DNA of 64,000 nucleotides from Eledone cirrhosa (taxonomy: Eukaryota). The notes beneath the pieces are model-generated. The model made no database searches and was not told the origin of the DNA. It was given only the letters and a program-made list of their open reading frames with translations. A program made the position numbers and the translations under genes. Of this stretch, positions 53,167-64,000 are shown piece after piece. The DNA is taken from contig OZ024764.1 in NCBI GenBank assembly GCA_964016885.1, positions 28,520,001-28,584,000 of the forward strand. Reading direction: 5' to 3'. Numbering within the stretch: position 1 is the first letter of the stretch; each line of letters starts with the position of its first letter.

Positions 53167-54060
53167 GTCGACTACTGTCGAGATGATGGATCTCCTCACT
53201 TTTATAAACACACACACACACACACACACACTCGTCGACTACTGTCGAGATGATGGATCTCCTCACTTTTATGAACATAAACACACACACTCGTCGACTA
53301 CTGTCGAGATGATGGATCTCCTCACTTTTATGAACATAAACACACACACACACACACACACTCGTCGACTACTGTCGAGATGATGGATCTCACTCTCACG
53401 CCCCAGAATCCCCTGTCCCCCATCGCTGCCCCCAGGTCCTGTCTGCTGATTCCCGTATCCCTAGAGGTAACGTCAGGGAATGACAGCTTCCTACTCCTAG
53501 TCAGGGTTCCAGAGCAAGAGAGCAGATATGATTTCATTGCTGGCAAAGTGGTATACTGTCCCCCATCGCTGCCCCCAGCTCCTGTCTGCTGATTCCCGTA
53601 TCCCTAGAGGTAACGTCAGGGAATGACAGCTTCCTACTCCTAGTCAGGGTTCCAGAGCAAGAGAGCGGATATGATTTCATTGCTGGCAAAGTGGTATACT
53701 GTCCCCCATCGCTGCCCCCAGCTCCTGTCTGCTGATTCCCGTATCCCTAGAGGTAACGTCAGGGAATGACAGCTTCCTACTCCTAGTCGGGCTGGAGTCA
53801 GGGTTCCAGAGCAAGAGAGCGGATATGATTTCATTGCTGGCACGGTGACAGTGGCCAGCAAATTGAGCTCTCCGGGATTTTAGAAGGGCAGAGGCTAAAA
53901 CTGGAAATATTCCAAGCAACCATTAAGCCCATATTACTTTATGGATCCGAAACTTGGACACTAACATCACAACTTGAGAGGAGATTGGATGGCACATATA
54001 CCCGCCTTTTAATGAGAGTGCAAAACCTATCCTAGAAACGACATCCCACCTTGTCTAAAC
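53110..54060 (-). mobile_element. RTE-group LINE 3' fragment with 143-bp x3 and about 60-bp x4 tandem expansions (duplicate at 55530-56420)
   Basis: RRAQFAGHCHRA..IISALLLW.P..KLSFPD..RDTGI..DL.AAM.DR..W. tccctagagg recurs at 53458, 53601 and 53744. Confidence 0.8.
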
Positions 54061-54309
54061 ATACATTTAAAAATAACGAAAGGAATTTTTAAGTGACATA
54101 CCGCTATGGTTTTGATTATTCAATTGCACTATTGGAATTGAATAATCAAAACAGCTAATAACTGATCCAGGTAGTTTGTTCCATGCTTCAGCAACTCTGA
54201 CCAATATATAGTGTGTACATAATTATGTACATAATTTCATATGTTACATAATTCCAATAGTGGAATTAAATAATCAAATCCGTAGCGGTATGTCGCATAT
54301 CAGAATTTA

Positions 54310-54372
54310 TATTTTGTCTGATGAAAACGTACTTAAACACTATTGTACCCTTGAAATATGTATAATGAAATA
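54310..54372 (+). ncRNA. Minimal hammerhead ribozyme motif (duplicate at 56672-56734)
   Basis: tattttgt-CTGATGA-aaacgtac[..]gtaccctt-GAAA-tatgta-TA-atgaaata. Confidence 0.65.
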
Positions 54373-54499
54373 TACTATTTTGCTTATGAGAATATTTTGA
54401 ATAATATTAAATACTCCAGGAAAATCTCCTGTCGAGTGCTTCTAATCTATTGTAAAATTGTATTCATTGAATAATCAATGAACCATATTAATCTTTGGT

Positions 54500-54530
<31 letters not shown>

Positions 54531-54794
54531 GAGAAGACTGCATTGGTATGGACATGTGATGTGCATGCTGGATGACCGCTGGGTAAAGAAGTGCCAAGAA
54601 ATCCCAGTAGAAGGAAGACGCAGTCGAGGAAGACCACGAGAAGCATGGGCGGAGGTGGTGTGAGCTGACCTCAGATCACTGAAGCTCACGGAGGAGATGA
54701 CAAAGGACCGTGACGAATGGGGATTTGCCGTGCTGAATAGGCCTCGTCCTACCCTTGCAAGCAAGGAAAAGCAGACGTAAAATGATGATGATGA

Positions 54795-54833
<39 letters not shown>

Positions 54834-54993
54834 GATGGCTGCCCCCTCGTTATTGAGTATGGTCATTACATGATAAAAAAAAATATTAAATAATAAATAT
54901 ATATATAGTACGGTATAAGGTGAAAGCAGAAATTCTTTGCTTAAACTTTAATCTGTACTAATAATAAATATTTGCTCTGTGGGTTTATATATA

Positions 54994-55044
<51 letters not shown>

Positions 55045-55621
55045 TGTATGAGTCATGACACACACACACACAACGAAAATTATTGTGTACAGGGCTCAGG
55101 TGCACTACAACTCATCAAAGGTGCATGTATAGTACATAGAATAATGTAGAAATGTCGGGAGAGTGAACAGTGTATGAGTCATGATATACGTGTGTGTGTG
55201 GAGGTTTTAAAGGATGCAGTGTCTCGACAGCTAACAACTGATCCAGGTAGTTTTTTACATACTTCAGCAACTCTGACCATATATGGTATGTATTTTTATT
55301 TTAGGCAACTTAACATTTGATAAGCAAGCGAGGTTTGGATTTTTGCCCATTTCTCAGATATAGAATAGTGTTGAGGGGGGTGGGGGTACTTATAATCAAA
55401 GATATACAGTAATCTCACCTTTCCTGCACTGAAATTATATATCAATAGCTTTAATCTATTGAATTAAGGTTCAAACTGATGTCATCACTGACAACTCAGC
55501 ACGGCATTGACCTGACCGAGAAATGAGATCTAATTTTCACTTTTATGAACATAAACACACACACACACACACACACGTCGACTACTGTCGAGATGATGGA
55601 TCTCCTCACTTTTATGAACAT

Positions 55622-55657
<36 letters not shown>

Positions 55658-56860
55658 GTCGACTACTGTCGAGATGATGGATCTCCTCACTTTTATGAAC
55701 ATAAACACACACACACACACACACACTCGTCGACTACTGTCGAGATGATGGATCTCACTCTCACGCCCCAGAATCCCCTGTCCCCCATCGCTGCCCCCAG
55801 GTCCTGTCTGCTGATTCCCGTATCCCTAGAGGTAACGTCAGGGAATGACAGCTTCCTACTCCTAGTCAGGGTTCCAGAGCAAGAGAGCAGATATGATTTC
55901 ATTGCTGGCAAAGCGGTATACTGTCCCCCATCGCTGCTCCCAGGTTCTGTCTACTGATTCCCGTATCCCTAGAGGTAACGTCAGGGAATGACAGCTTCCT
56001 ACTCCTAGTCAGGGTTCCAGAGCAAGAGAGCGGATATGATTTCATTGCTGGCAAAGTGGTATACTGTCCCCCATCGCTGCCCCCAGCTCCTGTCTGCTGA
56101 TTCCCGTATCCCTAGAGGTAACGTCAGGGAATGACAGCTTCCTACTCCTAGTCGGGCTGGAGTCAGGGTTCCAGAGCAAGAGAGCGGATATGATTTCATT
56201 GCTGGCACGGTGACAGTGGCCAGCAAATTGAGCTCTCCGGGATTTTAGAAGGGCAGAGGCTAAAACTGGAAATATTCCAAGCAACCATTAAGCCCATATT
56301 ACTTTATGGATCCGAAACTTGGACACTAACATCACAACTTGAGAGGAGATTGGATGGCACATATACCCGCCTTTTAATGAGAGTGCAAAACCTATCCTAG
56401 AAACGACATCCCACCTTGTCTAAACATACATTTAAAAATAACGAAAGGAATTTTTAAGTGACATACCGCTATGGTTTTGATTATTCAATTGCACTATTGG
56501 AATTGAATAATCAAAACAGCTAATAACTGATCCAGGTAGTTTGTTCCATGCTTCAGCAACTCTGACCATATAGTGTGTACATAATTATGTACATAATTTC
56601 ATATGTTACATAATTCCAATAGTGGAATTAAATAATCAAATCCGTAGCGGTATGTCGCATATCAGAATTTATATTTTGTCTGATGAAAACGTACTTAAAC
56701 ACCATTGTACCTTTGAAATATGTATAATGAAATATACTATTTTGCTTATGAGAATATTTTGAATAATATTAAATACTCCAGGAAAATCTCCTGTCGAGTG
56801 CTTCTAATCTATTGTAAAATTGTATTCATTGAATAATCAATGAACCATATTAATCTTTGG

Positions 56861-56902
<42 letters not shown>

Positions 56903-57165
56903 GAGAAGACTGCATTGGTATGGACATGTGATGTGCATGCTGGATGACCGCTGGGTAAAGAAGTGCCAAGAAATCCCAGTAGAAGGAAGACGCAGTCGAG
57001 GAAGACCACGAGAAACATGGGCGGAGGTGGTGTGAGCTGACCTCAGATCACTGAAGCTCACGGAGGAGATGACAAAGGACCGTGACGAATGGGGATTTGC
57101 CGTGCTGAATAGGCCTCGTCCTACCCTTGCAAGCAAGGAAAAGCAGACGTAAAATGATGATGATG

Positions 57166-57196
<31 letters not shown>

Positions 57197-57356
57197 GATG
57201 GCTGCCCCCTCGTTATTGAGTATGGTCATTACATGATAAAAAAAAATATTAAATAATAAATATATATATAGTACGGTATAAGGTGAAAGCAGAAATTCTT
57301 TGCTTAAACTTTAATCTGTACTAATAATAAATATTTGCTCTGTGGGTTTATATATA

Positions 57357-57401
<45 letters not shown>

Positions 57402-57508
57402 AAGGTGAGTAATATTGTAGAACAATAAAACTATGCATATATCAGATAAGTAGCACTCAACAGTTGGTAGAACTGGAGTATATATTAAAGAAGAAATTAA
57501 AAGATGGT

Positions 57509-57545
<37 letters not shown>

Positions 57546-57833
57546 CCACAATCCTTATCGAGCCCTCTTCAGATTTTGGTCTGTGTATTTATTATTAATA
57601 TCTATATAAGGGCGATGGATTGGCAGTATCGGTAGAGAGTCGGACGCCATGCTTTGCAGCAAAGAGTTACGGCCCTTTAGGATCTGATTTCAAATCCCAC
57701 CGAGGTTAACTTTGCCTTTCATCCTCACGGGGTCGATAAAATAAAGTACCAGTAATACACTGGGGTGGATTTAATCGACTTTCCCCTTCCCCAAAATCAC
57801 TGGCCTTGTGCCTATATAAGAAACCAATATCTA

Positions 57834-57867
<34 letters not shown>

Positions 57868-57999
57868 AAAAGAGTCAGGACCCCGACAGCTAAGCTCCAG
57901 CCGTCGGGGTCCTGACTCTTTTCCAATTACCCACTCTACTACCCTAAGTATCGAGTACTCTGATGTGTTATGGCCCACCTGATATCTTACCATACCCTC

Positions 58000-58049
<50 letters not shown>

Positions 58050-58391
58050 ATGTATATTGAAAAATAACTCTTACAGGACTAGTTCTGTTTCTCTTCTATC
58101 TCATATTTCGTATTTCATGTATAGGCCCTTGGGGTGACTAAGAAACGATCATTATTTATCGCCGAGGTTAACTTTGCCTTTCATCCTTACGGGGTCGATA
58201 AAATAAAGTACCAGTAATGTACTGGGTGATTGCTGGCCTTGTGCCTAAAGTAGAAACAATTATTTATATATATCTATATATTAAATGCAGTACGAGGTCG
58301 ATAAAATAAAGTACCAGTAATATACTGGGTAATTGATGGCCTTGTGCCTAAAGTAGAAACAATTATTTATTTTTGTTTATCTATTTATTAG

Positions 58392-58488
58392 ATTTGGACG
58401 AAGAACATTTTCATGTTTCAAAGATGTCGGAATTCCTGGTCCCAAGCCTGTTTCCCATTTCGGGAACATACTACAAATGCACAAGAAG
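58392..58488 (+). CDS. CYP3A-like: Cytochrome P450 clan 3, coding exon 2
   Basis: AG/...FGRRTFSCFKDVGIPGPKPVSHFGNILQMHKK/GT, containing the P450 proline hinge GIPGPxP..FGN. Confidence 0.9.
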
Positions 58489-58499
58489 GTAAATTTATC

Positions 58500-59075
58500 T
58501 TAACTCTTTAGCATTTACATTTCTCTATATATACTTTTGTATTTTCACAGTAAAAGCTTTACCTCACATAATATTACACATAACATTTACATTACTCTAT
58601 ATATACTATTGTATTTTCACAGTAAAGGCTTTACCTCACATAATATCTCACATAATATTTACATTACTCTATATATACTATTATATTTTCACAGTAAAGG
58701 CTTTACCTCACATAATATCTCACATAACATTTACATTACTCTATATATACTATTGTATTTTCACAGTAAAGGCTTTACCTCACATAATATCTCACATAAC
58801 ATTTACATTACTCTATATATACTATTGTATTGTCACAATAAAGGCTTTACCTCACATAATATCCCACATAACATTTACATTACTCTATATATACTATTGT
58901 ATTTTCATGGTAAAGACTTTACCTCACATAATATCAAATCTATAAGATTTTGTTATCATTTATTCTGAGAACAATACCTTAACATCAGTATGAGTGACTG
59001 GTTACAGCCACTTTGAACAGAAAGAGGTGAGAGAATTCTGGCTGGATACAGCCGGTTTAAATGCTAAAAGGTTAA
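58500..59075 (+). mobile_element. piggyBac-like MITE with about 6 x 72-bp units
   Basis: TTAA|CTCTTTAGCATTTA ... TAAATGCTAAAAGG|TTAA. Confidence 0.85.
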
Positions 59076-59878
59076 ATTGTTATACTTTGATAGGGTCATG
59101 TTGCCAGTACAAAACACATGCACCAGTTAATTTTCACTTCAGTTTTAATATTAGTTTGGTAAATGAAGGTGGAGCATTGGCAGCAGAGGTCAGTAGAGCA
59201 TCAGACAGATGGTTTGCAGTATTTGTCCTGGTTCCTTACATTCTGAGTTCAAATCCTACTGAGGTTAACTTAATCTTTCATCCTTACGGGGTCTCTAAAA
59301 TAAAGTACCAGTAATGCACTGGGGATCGATTTAAGTGACTTTCCCTCCCCTAAAATTGTTGGCCTTGTACCTAAACAAGAAACCATTGCCTTTCATCCTT
59401 ACGGGGTCTCTAAAATATAGTACCAGTAATGCACTGGGATAATTGCTGGCCTTGTACCAAAAGTAGAAACCATTATTTATAGCAAGGGTGGTGGATTGGC
59501 AGTAATCAGTAGAGCATCGAACAGCATCCTTTGCAGCATATAGTTTCATCCCTTTACTTTCTGAGTTCAAATTCCACAGAGGTTAGTTTAATCTTAATCT
59601 TTTATCCTTCCAAGGTTGATAAAATAAAGTACCAGTAACACAATGGGGTTGATTTAATCAACTTTCCCCTTCCCCCAGAATTGCTGCCCTTGAACCTAAA
59701 TCAGAAACCATTATTTACAGCAAGTGACTGTGTTTACAGTTATTTTCTGTGTTTGAGATTCCTACATCTTCAATGAATTCCTATGAACTTTATTTACTGC
59801 AGAAAACATTACAATCAGATTCATTGATATCATTTCAAAAAGAATAATTGCCATAATTAAAATAACAGATTCTTTTAG

Positions 59879-59996
59879 AAATAGAAACTTTCGCCATATT
59901 TTTTTACTCATCTTTTTCCATTTTTAGAGGGTTCTAAACCCCACTATCTGGCTAGAATTTCTTTAGTAAAAAAAATATGGCAAAAGCTTCTATTTT
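59879..59996. mobile_element. Small inverted-repeat element (about 30-bp TIRs)
   Basis: aaatagaaactttcgccatatttttttact ... agtaaaaaaaatatggcaaaagcttctattt. Confidence 0.5.
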
Positions 59997-60061
59997 TAAT
60001 CTCAAATTTGCTCTCAGTTTCAAACATACTTAACAGATTCTTTATATTTTTAATGTTTCAG

Positions 60062-60114
60062 GGTTTTTGTAATGTGTTCAAACTTTGGAGAGAAGAGTAT
60101 GGCGATGTTTATGG
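60062..60114 (+). CDS. CYP3A-like: Cytochrome P450 clan 3, coding exon 3 (53 bp)
   Basis: tttcAG/GFCNVFKLWREEYGDVY(G)/GTAAGA. Confidence 0.9.
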
Positions 60115-60744
60115 GTAAGAACGATTGATTTATTCACATCTTAGACAATTGTGATGGGTGTAATAGACTAAATAGACTAACTATAGAGCTGGGTGGAGAG
60201 ATGAGTTGTGAGGTTCAGAGCATTGCCCTTCTTCAACTCAGAGGAGACAAAATTTAATATAATAGGAGTGTATATGTGATGGCATGTGACCTAGTGGTAA
60301 TGGTGTTGGACTTGCGATCGTTATGTAGTGGGTTTGATTCCTGGACTGGGTTGTGTGTTGTGTTCTTGAGTAAAACTTCATTTCATGTTGCTTTTAATAT
60401 ATGGTAAGGTATGATCCTGTAACTCTCGAGGGAATTGTAAGGGTGCTGTAAGGATATACAGCATTTGTTTGGCATTTTTTAATCCTGGCGGAGCCCATCC
60501 ATCTCCAGATCTGAATACAGCAGATTTCTTCCAAAGAAAGATACAGAATGAAAGGAAGAAAGTGAGAAAGATATTGAGGAAGATTCAACCCCAGTACTTG
60601 ACTGGTACTTTTTAAGGATGAAAGACAAAGTTGACCTCTGCAGGATTTGAACTCAGAGAGGTCAGTGAACTGGAATGAATACCACAAAGCATTCTATCTG
60701 ATGTTCTAATGACTCTGTCAATTTGCCATCTGAGAAGAGTTTAA

Positions 60745-61660
60745 TAATATAATAATGAAATTATTGTGTATAGTGCTCAGGTGCACTACAACTCATCAAA
60801 GGTGCATGTATAGTACATAGAATAATGTACAAATGTCAGGAAAATGAACAGTGTATGAGTCATGATATAATAACAATAACAATAATGAAATATTGTGTAC
60901 AGTGCCCAGGTGCACCACAACTCATCAAAAAAGTGCATGTACAGTACATAGGGCAATGCACAAACATCAGTAAAATGTGTGCATGTGTATGGAAGGGGTA
61001 CATCAGGTGTAGTTTTGGCGTATTTCGGGAAGCATGAGTGTCTTAAAGGATGCAGTGTCTCGGCAGCTAACAATTGACGCAGGCAGTTTGTTCCATGCTT
61101 CAGCAACTCTGAGCGTGAAAAAATGTCTACGAAAGTCATGGGAGCTGTGCTGTTTTCTGATCTTGTAGGCATGTCCACGTGTGTTAGACACATGGAGATC
61201 AAAGAGGCGCTCAGGGTTGCAATAAAACTTATATTTCGGGAAGCATGAGTGTCTTAAAGGATGCAGTGTCTCGGCAGCTAACAATTGACGCAGGCAGTTT
61301 GTTCCATGCTTCAGCAACTCTGAGCGTGAAAAAATGTCTACGAAAGTCATGGGAGCTGTGCTGTTTTCTGATCTTGTAGGCATGTCCACGTGTGTTAGAC
61401 ACATGGAGATCAAAGAGGCGCTCAGGGTTGCAATAAAACTTATATTTCGGGAAGCATGAGTGTCTTAAAGGATGCAGTGTCTCGGCAGCTAACAATTGAC
61501 GCAGGCAGTTTGTTCCATGCTTCAGCAACTCTGAGCGTGAAAAAATGTCTACGAAAGTCATGGGAGCTGTGCTGTTTTCTGATCTTGTAGGCATGTCCAC
61601 GTGTGTTAGACACATGGAGATCAAAGAGGCGCTCAGGGTTGCAGTTGGCGAGATGGTTAG
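60745..61660 (-). mobile_element. CR1-like LINE 3' fragment with a 211-bp coding segment triplicated
   Basis: tatttcgggaagcatgag recurs at 61021, 61232 and 61443, with units joined by aataaaactta. Same family as 42997-43722. Confidence 0.88.
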
Positions 61661-62198
61661 TAGAAGTGTATATGTAAAGACATATGGCCTAGTGGTAAGA
61701 GTGTTGGACTTACGATCATAATGTGGGTTCGATTGGAGTAAAACACTTCATTTCTCATTGTTCCAATATACTCAATATACGGAAAATAAGTACAAGCAGT
61801 ACCGTGGGGGTTAACCCTGTGATGGGCTCGCGTTTTGTCCAGAGGAAAGTCTTGAACTCTCAGTCGCTTAAACCCCAGCCTGGTGAGCCTCGAGGCTTGA
61901 GGTAGACTTGAGACTTTAGGGTGTATATGAAGGCATATGTTGTGAAACAGGTGTAATATTCACCCCCAAAGTGAAACAGGTGTAATATTCCCCTCCAAAA
62001 TGGAACCAGTGTTTCTTCACTGCAAGAAATATACTGTATTCAAACCTGGAGAGGAGATGGGCTTAAAATGCCAGGCTTCAAAATGCCCTAGAAATGCCAT
62101 ATTTCAATATGGTACTCCTATGACTCCCCAGGGCTAATCTAAGGCAAACTAGAGCTAACATAAGATTAATCTGGAGTTAACCAATGGCTAACATGGCA

Positions 62199-63435
62199 TT
62201 AACCCTTTAGCATTTACATTACTCTATATATACTATTGTATTTTCACAGTAAAGGCTTTACCTCACATAATATCCCACATAACATTTACATTACTCTATA
62301 TATACTATTGTATTTTCACAGTAAAGGCTTTACCTCACATAATATCTCACATAACATTTACATTACTCTATATATACTATTGTATTGTCACAGTAAAGGC
62401 TTTACCTCACATAATATCTCACATAACATTTACATTACTCTATATATACTATTGTATTTTCACAGTAAAGGCTTTACCTCACATAATATCTCACATAACA
62501 TTTACATTACTCTATATATACTATTGTATTGTCACAGTAAAGGCTTTACCTCACATAATATCTCACATAACATTTACATTACTCTATATATACTATTGTA
62601 TTTTCACAGTAAAGGCTTTACCTCACATAATATCTCACATAACATTTACATTACTCTATATATACTATTGTATTTTCACAGTAAAGGCTTTACCTCACAT
62701 AATATCTCACATAACATTTACATTACTCTATATATACTATTGTATTGTCACAGTAAAGGCTTTACCTCACATAATATCTCACATAACATTTACATTACTC
62801 TATATATACTATTGTATTTTCACAGTAAAGGCTTTACCTCACATAATATCTCACATAACATTTACATTACTCTATATATACTATTGTATTGTCACAGTAA
62901 AGGCTTTACCTTACATAATATCTCACATAACATTTACATTACTCTATATATACTATTGTATATTCACAGTAAAGGCTTTACCTCACATAATATCTCACAT
63001 AACATTTACATTACTCTATATATACTATTGTATTTTCACAGTAAAGGCTTTACCTCACATAATATCTCACATAACATTTACATTACTCTATATATACTAT
63101 TGTATTGTCACAGTAAAGGCTTTACCTTACATAATATCTCACATAACATTTACATTACTCTATATATACTATTGTATTGTCACAGTAAAGGCTTTACCTC
63201 ACATAATATCTCACATAACATTTACATTACTCTATATATACACTGTTGTATTTTTGTGGTAAAGGCTTTATCTCATATTATTCTCATATAATATTGAACC
63301 TATGCGATTTTGATATTAGTTATTTTGAGAACAATACCTTAACATCAGTATTAGCAGCCAGTTGCAGCTGGTTTGAACAGAAAGAGGTGAGAGAATACTG
63401 GCTGGATTCGGCCAGTTTAAATGCTAAAGAGTTGA
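62199..63435 (+). mobile_element. piggyBac-like MITE with about 15 x 72-bp units
   Basis: TTAA|CCCTTTAGCATTTA ... TAAATGCTAAAGAG|TTGA. Confidence 0.85.
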
Positions 63436-63583
63436 CCTTCTGCTAACATAGAGCTAACCTAGTCCTATTTTATAGTTAACCAAGAGCTAAAACAACAACA
63501 ATAACACCACTTTTTAATCCTAATTTAACTATATCTCAGCTCTGAAGATACCAAATTTTGTATATTTTCCATTATTTTCACAG

Positions 63584-63680
63584 CATATTCATGGGTGTCA
63601 ATCCAAACTTTATTATATCTGATCCGGAAATCATACAAGAAGTTTTAGTAAAAAGATTTTCAATCTTTACTAACCGAACT
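63584..63680 (+). CDS. CYP3A-like: Cytochrome P450 clan 3, coding exon 4 (gene continues beyond the window)
   Basis: cacAG/IFMGVNPNFIISDPEIIQEVLVKRFSIFTNRT/GTAAGT, containing the DPExIxxVLVKxFxxFTNR motif. Confidence 0.92.
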
Positions 63681-63869
63681 GTAAGTAGTATAGTATATGT
63701 TTTCTATGTAATTTCAGTATTAACCCTTTAGCATTACTTTATCTTGTGAACGTCACCTGGGCATTACTGTCAGCAGAGATTTGCATTGGACAAAGCACAT
63801 CTCTAAAATTGTCAAGGCCGAGGGTGTTGTAGCATCACTCAGCAAGACAAAGGTCTTGCTGAGTGATGC

Positions 63870-64000
63870 TATTTAAAGCTGTATATAGCTATGGTGCGGC
63901 CACACTTAGAATTTGCATCACCAGTCTGGAACCCCTATCTTGCTCAGAATATTGACCTCCTGGAAACTGTTCAGGGACGTGAAACCAAGCGAATACCTTT
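63870..64000 (+). mobile_element. CR1-like LINE fragment
   Basis: VRPHLEFASPVWNPYLAQNIDLLETVQ. Confidence 0.8.

Larger units (their letters stand above)
52570..57390. repeat. About 2.4-kb tandem duplication (about 52570-55010 and about 55010-57390)
   Basis: The same order of CR1, RTE, hammerhead and RTE pieces appears twice. Offset is 2422 at the start and 2363 at the end, because copy 2 has one fewer about 60-bp unit. Confidence 0.9.

Overview
AT-rich, microsatellite-dense eukaryotic DNA, most likely from an octopod cephalopod. That assignment is inferred from the [17 protein letters not shown] zinc-finger style, the tRNA-derived SINEs and the RTE/CR1 content. Host genes: a 16-finger C2H2 zinc-finger gene (31378-32736, +); the first four coding exons of a clan-3 (CYP3A-like) cytochrome P450 (42253-63680, +), which the ORF track misses; and an orphan 228-aa Ser-rich ORF (10909-11595, -). 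Mobile DNA dominates the window. (i) A near-intact full-length Tx1/L1-clade LINE (about 23452-29099, one frameshift) sits inside the internal 72-bp tandem array of a TTAA-flanked piggyBac-like MITE, an arrangement like the Xenopus Tx1L-in-Tx1D composite. Four other copies of that MITE lack the LINE. (ii) About 15 minimal hammerhead-ribozyme motifs lie in short, often perfectly palindromic, Penelope-like termini inserted into (TA)n tracts. (iii) There are many RTE, CR1, Ingi/Vingi-like and CRE-like fragments and three SINE families. (iv) Pieces of retroelements have repeatedly been amplified into minisatellites (units of 49, 79, 82, 112, 143, about 178 and 211 bp). A 2.4-kb tandem duplication lies in intron 1 of the P450. 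All coordinates were read by eye, so repeat boundaries are approximate.
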